Source: Vicugna vicugna (Eukaryota). Taken from it: 64,000 bases of DNA. Location of the stretch: contig MU058781.1 in assembly GCA_013265495.1 (NCBI GenBank), forward strand, positions 1-64,000, given 5' to 3'. A program made the translations under genes and the position numbers. Shown here one piece after another: positions 38,101 through 50,261 of this stretch (positions are counted from its first letter, which is position 1; each line of letters starts with the position of its first letter). The notes under the pieces are model-generated. The model ran no database searches, was not told the DNA's origin, and worked only from the letters and a program-made list of their open reading frames with translations.

Positions 38101-41096
38101 TGCAGATGTGAGGAAATAATAAATATGTGGGCAGAAATCAGTAAAATAAAATAAAGAGTAAATCAATAAGACCAAATACTGATTCTTTGCATAGATCAGA
38201 AAAAATGGATGAAACTCTAGTCAGATTGATCAGAACAAAGAGATGACGTAACTTATCAATATCTGGAGTCATACAGCTGACAGATATAGTTTGTCCCTAT
38301 GTCAGAAGAATAATGAAAGAATATTGTGAACAACTTTATGCCAAGAGTAAATTGACAAATTTCTTGAAAAACTTAAACTACCAAAATTCACTCTAGAATA
38401 AATAACCAGAATAGTCTTCTGTCTATAAGAGAAACCAAATTTGTAATTTAAAATATTCCCACAAAGAAAGCTCCAGGCTGATGTAGCTTCAACTAGGGAA
38501 TTTTACAGACTTTTAGGGAAGAAATATTACCAAGTCTACATGAATACTTTCAGAAAAGTGAACAGGGTAGATCACTTATCAACTCATTCTATGAGAGCAA
38601 TATTACTCACATACCAAAACCAGAAAAAGAATATTACAAGAAAAAAAGTTATAGACCAATAACCTTCATAAATATAGATGTAAAGATAATTAACAAAATT
38701 TTTCTAATAGAATCCATTAGTATTTTTAAAAAAGATAAAACAACATGGTGAAGTGGAGTTGATCCTGGGAATGCAAAGTTGGTTTAATATTTGAAAATCA
38801 GTATAATTCATCATATTAACGGACCAAAATAAAACAAAACGAATCATCTTGATCAATACTGCAAAATCTATTGCCAAAATTAACTATTAACCACTGATAA
38901 CAATTTTCAGCAAACAATGAATAAAAGGGAAATTTCTCAATCTGAGAAACGAATCTATGACAAACCTACAGCTAACATCATCTTCAATGATCAAAGTCAG
39001 AATCCTTTCTCCTAAGATCGGGGTAAGACTATCCTCTCAGCACTTCTATTCAACATAACACTAGAAATGTCAGCCAATGAAAAGGGCAAAACAAAATAAA
39101 TGATTTCAAAATTGCAATGGAAGAAGTAAATGCCATCTATTCAGTATTCAGAAATGACAGAACTGTCTATGTAGAAAATCCTACAGAATCTAGAAAATTT
39201 TACTGGAAACCAAAACGTGTGTTTGGCTAGGTTGTAGGGTACAGGTCAATAATAAAAATTCAGTTTTATTTTTATATACTAGAAGTAATCAATTAGAAAT
39301 TAAAATTAATATAATACCATTTAAAGGAGGGTTGAAATATTTAGAGTAAATTTAACAAAAGATGTGTATGTCTTATGCACTGAACACTATCAAATATTGT
39401 TGGTATAACTTTTAAAAGCCAAAATGATTTGAGAAAACTAAGAAGCATGTTCTTGGTTGGGAAAACTCAATATTCTTAAGATGCCACTTTCCTTAAATTG
39501 AGCTACAGATTCAATTAAGTCCAAATTAAAATCCCAGCAGGCAATTTGATAGAAATAAACAATCTGATTTTTAAATTTATATGGAGACACAAATGATCTA
39601 GAATAGCCAAAAATATCTATGAAAACATAGAACAAAGTTGGAGAAATTACAATAGCTGTTTTCAGATGTTGTATTCTTTATTACATTAATCAAACAATGT
39701 GGAGTTGGCACACAGATAGAAAAACAGATCAAGGGAACAGAATAAAAAAGCCAGAAATAATCTCAAACATACACAGCCAAATGATTTTCAACAAACAATA
39801 TAATGGAAAGAGAATAGTAGTTCAGCCAAACAATGGTGAAACAATTCGACAGCCATATGCAAAAAAAAAAAAACTTGATTCATGTGTTGCAACATATAAA
39901 AATTAACTCAAAATGGTCCATGGACCTAAGTGTAAAACCTAAAAAATACAAATCAACTGGAAGTAAACATAGATGAAAAAGTTTGTAATCTTGAGTTAGG
40001 CGATGATTTCTTAAGCACATCGACAGCATAATCCAAAAAAGAAAAAAAATGTATAGGCCCTTATCAAAATTAAGAAAGACACTGTGAAGAGATTACAGAA
40101 AACAAGCCACGGACTGGGAAAATATATTTGTAAGTCACATCTGATAAAGCATTTATATTCAGAATACAGAAAGAACTCTCAAAATGCAATAATAATAAAG
40201 CACATGCCCCCCCACCAAAACGGGCAAAAGATTTGAACAGACAGTTCACCAAAAATATATATTATGGAAAATAAGCCTATGAAAAGATGCTCAACACTAT
40301 GAATCATTAGAGAAGTGTAAATTAAAACTGCAGTGAGAAACCACTGCACACCGACTGGAATGACTATAATCAAAAAGACTGATAATGGGGTTGGTGAAGA
40401 TGTGGAGAAACTCAACTCTGGTCTACAAACTACTGGTGGGATTTGAAATGGGGAATAAATTCGGCAGTTTCTTAAAAATTTAAATATTCACTTATCAGAA
40501 GTTCCAAATATTTCACCAAGAGAAATGAAAGTGTATGTCTACACATAGACTTTTACATGAATATTGTTAGTAACTAATTTGTAATAGCTAAGAACTGGGA
40601 AGAACCCAAATATCCATCACCAGGTGGATGAATAAACAATGTGTGGTGTATCTTTATAGTGGAAGACTACACACTGGTAAAAAGGAACAAGTATTGATTC
40701 ATGAAATAAGATGGATGGGTATCAGATTCATTATCCCAAGTGGAAGAAGGTTACACGCTGCATAATTCTAGTTACATTATGTAGAAAATTCAGATTAATC
40801 TAGTGACAGAAAGCGGATCAGTGTTAGCCTCTAGACAAGGTTAGGGAGTTGGGAGGGGCAAGAGGGAGGGATTAAAAATGGGCACAAGAAAAAAAAAACA
40901 ATAATAAATAAATAAATAGAACTAATGCCCCCTCCCCCTGAAAAAAAACCCAAAATGGGCTCAAGAAGCCCTTTTGGGCTGTTCACTACCTTGGTTATGG
41001 TGATGTTTTCCTGGGTGTATACAAGTATCAGAGTTATCAAATTGTACACTTTACATGTGTGAAGTTTACTTATGTTAATTATATTAAAACTATAAA
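35155..41096 (+). mobile_element. Near-full-length ancient L1 (L1MC/MD-type), inactive
   Basis: 5' end acttctgaccatggagtaacaggac; ORF1 remnant (36039..36287 DGMNSRMDTAEEISELED); ORF2 remnants (37792..38040 SGIKLEIN...YQNLWD; about 38650 YRPITFINIDVKIINKI); 3' end aattgtacacttt; many stops and frameshifts. Confidence 0.92.
40891..40951 (+). mobile_element. Tail-only (5'-truncated) Vic-1-type SINE inside the old L1 3' UTR
   Basis: 16-bp TSD aaaatgggc(a/t)caagaa at 40875-40890 and 40952-40967; (aaat)n-ctaat-cctccccc-polyA matches the tail of the SINE at 60909. Confidence 0.75.
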
Positions 41097-41429
41097 GACA
41101 CATGCAAGAAACAAATATATGTTAACTCTAATGCATTTGAAAAGCTTAAATTGTAACCCTGGTTTCTCTGACTTGAGTTCTGTCATTAACTCCAACTGTT
41201 TGAAACATCATGAAAAATACTAGACAGCTATCAGTAATTCCTAAAGTTTCCAGTGCTTTACTAAGCTTCAGATAAAAATTATTATTTATTAATAATTATG
41301 AATGCTAAGATATGACTTAACACTTCAAGAGGGACCCTATGTTTTACAATTATAGTTTACTCAGTATGGACATTATACCAACTTTGAGCCTTCATTGTAT
41401 TAAAAAACTTTTTGAAGAATCTTTGGAGG

Positions 41430-41605
41430 GTCAGAATTGTGTAATGGATTTTTTTTTTTTTTGTCAGAGAGAGGAATTCGGTATCTGGGACCCATGGTAG
41501 TCCAAATGCTCTCTCTGACTTGCTGTCTGACCATGGGCAAGTTTATTTGATCTCTCAAATAGACATGCTGAACTTTTGTTTTGCCTGCTTCCTGAACAGA
41601 TTAGT
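41430..41605 (+). mobile_element. MIR fragment
   Basis: ctgacttgctgtctgaccatgggcaagtttatttgatctctc. Confidence 0.55.
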
Positions 41606-42008
41606 CACAGTGAGTGGAAGAAACTCTAGACTGGGATTAAGAAACACACCTCTGAATCAAATGTATCACTCCTTGCAGAGGACTATTATACAGTGACAAA
41701 AATAAAAAGACAAGTATTTCCTCATGTTAAAACCGAGCATTAGCCTATTGTGATCCTAGGATTTTCTGAGACAGAGAAAAAATCATATTCACAATTGCTT
41801 TTGGATGATCTTAAAATTCAAAATGTAGACGTTCACCTGATAGCTGTCTACAAGTGCTTATGACTCCTGAAACAGAATTTAGGCATCTTGCCAGAGACCA
41901 CACAGTTAGTTGGTCTTAGCAGACAGCTCCTGTGATAAAATGGCCCAGGCCCACCAGGTGCAGTGTCACCTGGCACGGCAGGTGTGGCAGAACTCCGTGA
42001 TCATAGAG

Positions 42009-42168
42009 CGGTGTTTCTCGAGCTTAAATGTGCATCTCCCTCATCCAGAGATGGTAACGTGCAGGTTTGGGGGCAGTAGGGAGAGGCCTGAGATTGTGGG
42101 CTTCTGTGGAACTTGCACTTGCTGCCATTACTCCTGACTAGTGAATCACAGGTTGGGTAGCAAGGTCT
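42009..42168. mobile_element. MER5A1-like hAT fossil
   Basis: cggtgtttctcgagctt...ggcctgagatt...ttgggtagcaagg. Confidence 0.6.
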
Positions 42169-42260
42169 TAAGACTTTTGTTGGACCTGTTGCTGGGATGT
42201 GAGAATTAGTTACTATATCTCAGAAGAGCTGTTCAAACATTCATGGACCTGAAATTATCT

Positions 42261-43195
42261 GCACCAGTTAGGATTAGGAGTGCAAATGACTATTTGTGCT
42301 TTAGTAAGATAATTCTTTCTTTTTTTCTAAAGTGATGTATATATATTTTATTGAAGCATAGTCAGTTTACAGTGTTGTGTCTGGTGTACAACACAATACT
42401 TCAGTCATATATAGAAACATACATATATTCATTTTCATATTCTTTTTCACCAAAAGTTACTACAAGATACTGAATATAGTTCCCTGTGCTATACAGTATA
42501 AACTTTTAAATCATATATATATATATAAGTTTGTATCTGCAAATCTTGAACTCCCAATTTACCCCTTTCCCCCCTGGTAACCATAAGTTTGTTTTCTATG
42601 TCAGTGAGTCTATTTCTGTTTTGTAAATAAATTTGTCTTTTTTTTTTTTAAGATTCCACATATAAGTGATATCATCTGGTTTTTTTTTTCTCTTTCTGTT
42701 TTACTTCACTTAGAATGACATTCTCCAGGTCCATCCATGTTGCTGCAAATGGCATTATGTTGTTGGTTTTTATGGCTGAGTAGTATTCCATTGTATAAAT
42801 ATACCACAACTTCTTTATCGATTTCTTTCTTAAAAGGTAAGCAGTCCAGGGCTGGTATAGTGGCTCCATTGTGTCTAAGACTCTTGTACCGTCTATCTTG
42901 TTGCTTAGCTACAGCTAATACACCATTCCGGTCAAAGATGGCTATTTGAGAGACAGTTGTTTAGTTTTAGAGCCATCAGGATACAGTGAGGTGCCAGAAA
43001 AGACAATGCCTTATACTTTCAATGCTACTTCTTGGAAGTCAAATGCAAAACTTCTGTTTACACCTGATAGGCCAAGTGATCTCATGGCCATGGCTAGCTG
43101 CAGGGGAGGGTAGGCAGAAAAATGCCCATCTACAGGGTAGGGTTCTGTTTTAAGATGAGGCTGGGCTTTGGGAGACAGCTAGCAGTCCCTGCCAT
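42261..43195 (-). mobile_element. Old MaLR LTR (MLT1J-like) split by a young L1
   Basis: cagttaggattagg | gcagtccagggctggtatagtggctcca...aagatggct...catggccatggctagctgcaggggag...agcagtccctgcca. Confidence 0.75.
42322..42820 (-). mobile_element. Young 5'-truncated L1 (same subfamily as 1751-2296)
   Basis: ORF 42672..42869 [17 protein letters not shown]...[16 protein letters not shown]; 11-bp TSD a(a/t)ttctttctt at 42311-21 and 42821-31 with TCTT|AA endonuclease site. Confidence 0.95.
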
Positions 43196-44474
43196 GGTAT
43201 CTCTGTTCTCATTTTGATTAAAGGGTCTTCAGTTATCAATACGTTAAAGTTCAGACCAACAAATAGCCATGTAACTTTGGATCTAAACTGTACAGATTTA
43301 GTTCTTCTGCTTGTAAAATGAGATGCTTGGACCAGATGTCTGAAACAGAAAGGGCATAGAAGAAGAGGGTCAGTGGAACTGCCACCTAAGGGCTGAACAT
43401 GTCTTCTGAACTCACTGGCCTGTTTGCCAGGCAAAAATAACTTCTGCATACGCTTAGGTAGAGGTTGCTCTTTTGTAGTATTTCCCTCTCTCATTCTCCC
43501 ATCCAGACTGTCCTCAGTGTGCAATATAGTGCAGTGTGGGAATCATGCCCCATAATTGCCCTATTTTTCCTTCCCCTATAGGGGGAGCACTATACAAATA
43601 TTTAATAAATAGCCATAAAAGAATAACATCAACTAAACATTTTTAAATGGTATTTTTTCAGAAGTTACTGCTGATGTTTACAGTCGGGCCCCTGTTTCTA
43701 GTTCTGACTTTAATTATTCCTCAAAAGCAACGAAGGTCGTATGTGCACTGCTCCTGTGGAAAATGATGCAGTGTGTATTTTTTTTGACCAGGTGACATCA
43801 TCTTTTTCAGCTGAGTGAAAGGACAATATTGACAAGTACTAAGGATCACATGTAGGTTTTGGAAGTTAAGGGAGGGGCTTCGAAAGAATATATATGTTGT
43901 GGAATTTAAATAATTCTTTTAAGAGGAGAAAAAAAATCATAGTTCTATTAAGATTTATTGCATGTTTTAAATTAAACCATATAATATTCCATAAGGTTCA
44001 TGTGGTCTCTGAAATACTGTATTCTAACTAGAAAGCACCCATGCCTAATCCTGCTTAAGCTACTGTCATTGCATCTGTGTGGCTCTGATGATTTATACGT
44101 GTGTGCAATCCTCTGTAAGGAGTATGTAATAATCTACATGAAGGTATTTTGTGAATCAGTTTTTATCCTCTATTATAAAGTAAATTGGACTCTAGAGACT
44201 TGTGCATTTATTAAATTCAGTTTCTCCACTTGCTCATAAAATAAATCTATCCCACTTTTTAAAACAATCTCCATGTATAAAACTAGAAACTAAGGAAGCA
44301 CACTTTAAGAGTTTAGACTTCTCTGGAATTTTTTTTTTTTTTTGCATTTTAAGAAAGACAAAAGTCTCAAGATTATAAGAACTTCCAAAACTTTTCAAAA
44401 GTCAAAGATTACCATAATTTGAGGTAATAACATATAATTTGGCTTTTTATTAAATAAATCCTTTTAAAAATCAC

Positions 44475-45189
44475 TATATCATTCAGGGTCTGACTTAGAG
44501 ACAAAAAACAACACAAGAATCCAAACAACAAAAAAAAGTTTATTATAAAGAATTATTAACAAATAACTAGGGATTAATAAGCTAAGGGATAAAGAGGACC
44601 CTAAGGAATTTGGGAATGGCAGGTGGAGGGAGCAGTAGCTGATGCTATGGCCAAGGCGGTGTACCCAAGGCAGGGGTACATTTTGGAGAAAGTGTGCTGT
44701 AGTCCACTGGATGGTTGGGGAGCTCACTTCTGTGGTGCTGTAGGCTGGCAAGCAGGGAACCTCCTGCTGGGATGCTAGCGAAACTCACTGGGAAATCAGC
44801 TGGGGCATCACCAGAACCCTCTGGAAGCTGCCCACTGGGGGCCTGCCAGACTCTCCAGGATACTGACTGTGACAGTGGCTGAACTTGTTAAGAAGCTGCC
44901 TGCAGGGGTGCTGCTGAAATTTACTAGGTAATTGAGCACCACCAAGTGTCCCACGTGCAGACTTAACAATGCAGGAGTAAGAAGGGAGGAAAGAACACTG
45001 AATACAGAGGAAGACATGCCCTTTTGTGTGTGTGTGTGTGCCAGCATCCCTCTATCGCCCTCTACTGACAAAGTTTAGCATTGTGCCCAAAGACCAAGAA
45101 ATGTTTAGAGGGTCCAGCTTCAGCATCACAAGGCAGGGCAATGAAGGGTGCATTTGGACCTGAAAAACAATAAATTGATAACTGGTGCA
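44475..45189 (-). mobile_element. ERVL solo LTR (LTR41/LTR41B-like)
   Basis: Ends caataaattgataactggtgca; related to the copy at 18939-19659 (gccctctactgacaaagtttagcatt). Confidence 0.78.
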
Positions 45190-45539
45190 ATCACTCTGTG
45201 CTTTTTAAAAAAATTCAAGTAACTAAACACAAATTTGAATTATTAAAATGGAAAAATATGAAATGTGTTTCCACTCTAATCTGAAAAGTAACCATACCTA
45301 GTGATGTGGGAAGATTAATATTTGTCTAAATGAATTCATGGACACCTACTGTAATTTCGAAAGGATAGTCTAGAGGGTTAAATGGAAGCATTTTAATAAA
45401 ATTAAGGCATTTGTATCTGAAAGATCTGAGACATTACTTAGTGCAATGCCCTGATTCTAGACATTAGGGAAAGCCTAAAACACAGAAAAATTCAATAATG
45501 TGTTCAAAGCTAAAGAGTTAGTGAAAAAGACTGCTTATC

Positions 45540-45822
45540 TGTTTCATGAATATTTATTCAGTAAATGCTATGAGGTGCCAGATACAGTTCCAGGTGTAGG
45601 GGTACAGCAGTGAACAGATTATATCCTGTACTCACAGAGCTTACATTTAAGTTGGAAGAGTCAGATAAACAGATAAAGAAATAAATATGCAATGATTCAG
45701 TATGAGAAGTGCTATGATGAAAAATAAATCAGAGCAAGAAGATAGAGAATAATGTATGTTAGAGGGAAGGGGAGAGGCTGTGCTATTTATATTGGTGACA
45801 TTTGAGCAGAGACGTGAATGAG
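45540..45822 (-). mobile_element. L2 3' end
   Basis: aatatttatt...gtgccagatacagttccaggt...cagcagtgaacaga...gagcttacatt...ggtgacatttgagcagagac. Confidence 0.85.
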
Positions 45823-48800
45823 GTTGTCCCAACTCTCAACCCCAAATTTTCAAATACAGAGCAGCTTTTAGCAAATTCCATGTATTTTCTAGTTATCATC
45901 ATACCTTTTGAGCTTCTATGCATGTTTTTATGGATTTATATTCCTTTAGCAATCAAGATGGAATAGTACCACCGTCCCCATACTCCAGTCTTATTTTTTA
46001 AGAGGATCTAATTTTATAAAGGTTATCTGTTTGTACTGTGTTCTAGTTGATTCCATTTCAGGAAACTAGGCAGATGCAGGTCTCAGGAAACCTGATTACA
46101 GTGGGCACCAACTACACTGTCACAACTCAGACTGACCACATATTTTGACAAGTTTCAACTAGTTACTCGCTTTCTGGCTGTTTAGATGTTATACATCTCC
46201 TAAGGGCAATGCTGAACATGCTGAAAATCATTCAACACACACTGCTCCACATAAGGTGATATTTCATCACTGAGATATTTCTTAATTATATGTGTTTTCA
46301 CTGTACGTGTAAATAGGGAATAAAAGTTGCTGAAATGCCATTAACAATGGCTGTTGAAAATTTGTACTTTAGAAACTATATTCACAGGAAGAGAGTTGAA
46401 CATTTGATGGTTAATATGCAATTGGGCTATTTTCTGTCAAATACAGCTGATTTTAAGGTCAGTATAACTGATACCACTGTCAGACTTTAAAAACTTTGTC
46501 TTAAATAGGTGATGCAGCCACAGATAATTTTTTGGAAATTAAAAGAAAAATTTTTTTCAGGGTCATTTTGAAACAAAATTTAATTTGATCTCCCTTTTCA
46601 GTACACCATGAAAATTTAAGACTAATCTTTATTTCCCTGTAACTGGTTATTCATCCTGTCACAGCTTTTGTGATTTGCAACTCTGTTAATCAGTATAAAC
46701 TAACTTACATTAACATTTTGATTTGTCAAATTTTTTTCTTTCAAAGGGATATAATTTTTATTAAAATCCTGTATTGGTTGAAACAAAATTCTTTTCTTTT
46801 AAAATAACTCATTGGTTATTAAAATCATTTGGTTGAACTGCTATTTAATAACATAGATAAATGAATATACCTGTTGAATTTAGTTGAAATTGCAATACGA
46901 ATGAAGACATTTAAATGTATTTATTACCTTGTTTATCTCTGTTTTAGAGAGACGTTTTGTCATTAATTTAGCACACAGAGAGTTAAACTCTGAAAGCCAA
47001 TCATTAAAAAAATTCAAAGCATTATATTTTGGGAATAATCACGTAAAAAATTCTAAAGTTGTCTTATATTTTTAAACTTCATGTGAGCATGAAAGTTGAG
47101 CTAGTGCATCTCAGTGTTTTCCCTGCAATGATCACAAACCCAAAACTCAGATGAAAAAGATGTTTCCTTCCCTGATTTAAAAAGAAATACAAGTATAGTG
47201 TAATAAAAAGAGTAAAGACACTAGGAGAAAGCTTCCAATTATAATTGTCTCTTATATCTCATCCTAGTAAGTTTTTAGTTAGTTTTCTAAGCAAATCAGG
47301 TAATACTTAAATGTGCCTGGAGGCCTCCTGGAGACACCCAATTACTGTCCTTACAGAAATCTTCGCCCTCACTTACTCAGTGAGAGAACTGCTGGAGCAT
47401 GGAGTTAACGTTGGCCACAGTAAAGGAAAAAAAATATTTTGTAAAAAGCAATGAATGAGAAGGGACAAAAGTTTTAAACAAGTTCCTTATCTCATTTTAG
47501 TCCTCAGATACCTTATGTTGAATAGCCAGATCATTTTATTATTGCAAATGCCACGGTTGTAATCTTTTATTGCTTGCAGTATAGGCCTACAGCATTAAGT
47601 TAGTATAAAATTACATATAGTTTAATATATCTGTACAACACCTTTAAACAAGCTTCTCTTGGCAAGAAGGTTATCCGTCTTATAAATCTATTATTCCATT
47701 GTACATCATGATAGCCTAGCATTGCTCCTAGCCATGTTTAAGCATTAAATAGTGCATTATTATTTCACATAAATCAACCAGAGATGTGTGAATTCATAAA
47801 TTTTGCATTTGCACAGACAGTATTTTAAACGTTTTACTGCTTCGTGGGAACTCAGAGCACAAGCCGCTACACAAATCAGGACCTGAGAAATTTCAATAAA
47901 ATTTAATATCACGATTACATTTTCTCAAAGTCAGTGCATGCATATTTTAGAAGTATTTTAACTGAGTCCAAAAATAAAAGTAAATTTGAAGAGTTGGATG
48001 TAGTCAGCTTTAGCTTTTTAAGCTAATGAGCACCTTGGATCATTCTTTATGGCAAAATGGTACAAAAAGAATAAGACCTGACAGAAATTTGAAATGAAGG
48101 AAAAATATATCAGAATCAGAAGTCCTGGTGATTGTAATCTATTAAAAGTAATGCAGATAGAAAGCAGTTCAAGATTGATAAGCTTGTGTTACAATTAATA
48201 CATAACTTTTTAGTTTGAACCTTAATTAAATTGTAAAAAGCATAGTTCAGGCTGTAAGTTACACGAGGGTAAGAACTGTGACTTTTCTAGGTGTTTCTAG
48301 GTGGTTCCCTCTGCTTTTAAAGGGAGCTATATTCTTTTTCCAATTTCAAGGCAGTGTTGTTAAGGGGGCAGGGGGATGATTTCCTTTTAAGATTTTTCAC
48401 TCTGTGGGAAATGTTTATAAAATTTAATGTGCAGGAGTTGTGGGCTCCAGGAAGACGTCTGCTTTAGCATGTGTGTGGTGAAAATTACATTCCTGTTGAA
48501 ATAATTCCTAATGCATATAATTAGCTGAACAAATGCCACACTAGTTTGAAAATGGCATATTTATCACCTAAAAACAGGTGATATAGGAAGATAAATTGCT
48601 GTGAACATAGAACTTGCTTCCAATCACCCTTGAATTGTGGGCAGAAAGCTGAAAGAAAAGAAGAGAAAGGAAAAAAATACTCTCACGAAATTTGTTTTTG
48701 GACAGTTCTTAACTGAGATGTTTTTTGGAGTTACCACTAAGTCATTCCTGGGGGAATAAGTGAAAAAGGATAGGTAAAAATAATATCCCACCTTGGGCCT

Positions 48801-50261
48801 TTCCGTTTGCAGTAAGAGTTTTTTGTTGTTGTTTTTTTTTAATGATAAGGATTTATTACATTAGGGAGATGATTTCTGTTGTCCTTTATAAACTTAAGGT
48901 ATTTTCTCTGCCATTCTGAATCCTGCCCTTTCTTTCTTGATGGACTAAAGCATTCAGACCTAAGGTTAACAGTACCAGAGATCATTGTCTAGAGATTAAT
49001 CTTTTTCGCGTGATCAGCGGAAGACAGACACAGTGAATTTTTAGAACCCTACAGCTGCTCGGAGTAATGACAAGCATTACCATAGCCAGGCCGACTTTGG
49101 AACGTTAAAGGAAGCAGAGCTAGTTACCATCCATAAAAAACTAATGGAAGCTTCTCTCTTACTCTGATGAATGTTGAAAATGGAGTGACTTAAATAAAAA
49201 ATCACTCGCCTTATTATGATGTTTGACTGTTTAGCGTTCACTGTTTTGGGGTCCATTTAGTTTTTGATGTTATTGCCACTCCTAGGCTCCTTGTTTTGTG
49301 TGGAAATTTCATCTTATTATCTGAGTCTAGACTATCAAGGATATAAGGGAAAAAAATGATTCATTATAGAAATTACCTTTTCTGAAGTAAGCCAGAAGGC
49401 ACTGTCTTTACTCTTGTATAAGCAAGACTTAGTGTTCTGTATATATTTTATGTGTATATAATGTTTACTTAGCAATATATATATTTATACCACACAAGTG
49501 GCCCATACCACCATCATGTAAATCCTTCTTTTTCCAAAGGCTATAGGGAAACAATTGATGACTGAAGAAGGAGCACAAATAAACAAACATGTTTAAAATG
49601 TTTTTCAGTGTGTGTCAGCACCATTTAAATAAAAATGTGTCTTTTCTCATAATACTAACTTTACTGGTTAGAGGGACTATTAGAAAAAGGAGATGGACAG
49701 TGACTATCTTGAATTCTAAAATAGAATGAGTTTGCTTCTTTTTTTAAAAAAAAATCTGGTTACAAATAAGAATATTTCTATTTGACATAAAAATGGATTC
49801 TTTTGTACAAAACCCAGGTTCACTTTCCATTGAGTAAACCACAATCAAATTTTTAAAAATGAACTTTAGCACATCATGGAAAGCACTGTCTATGTGTTGT
49901 ATTGTTCTGTGTTCTGTTTGCATGTTTATTAATTCACCTCAAATAAAATGTTCAGGTTTAAGGAGAAATCAAGATGGTGGACCAAAAACAAATCAGGAAT
50001 TGACTGGTCTTAATTTTCATAAGTTTTGCCTTTGTCTATATTGTTAGACATGTTCATTAAAGATGGATTGTAAGCTGTTATAGTGAAAAGTGCCATGTCT
50101 TATGTACTATTCATCTCCTCAAATGAGCCATATATTAACGTACCTTGGGTTTTTATTAGAATCTTTGTAACTAGGTAATAGTAAAGTGATGTTATTGTCT
50201 GTTATTGAAAACAAAGAACAACATATTATGTTTTTTTCACTCACTAGGATGGCTATAATTG

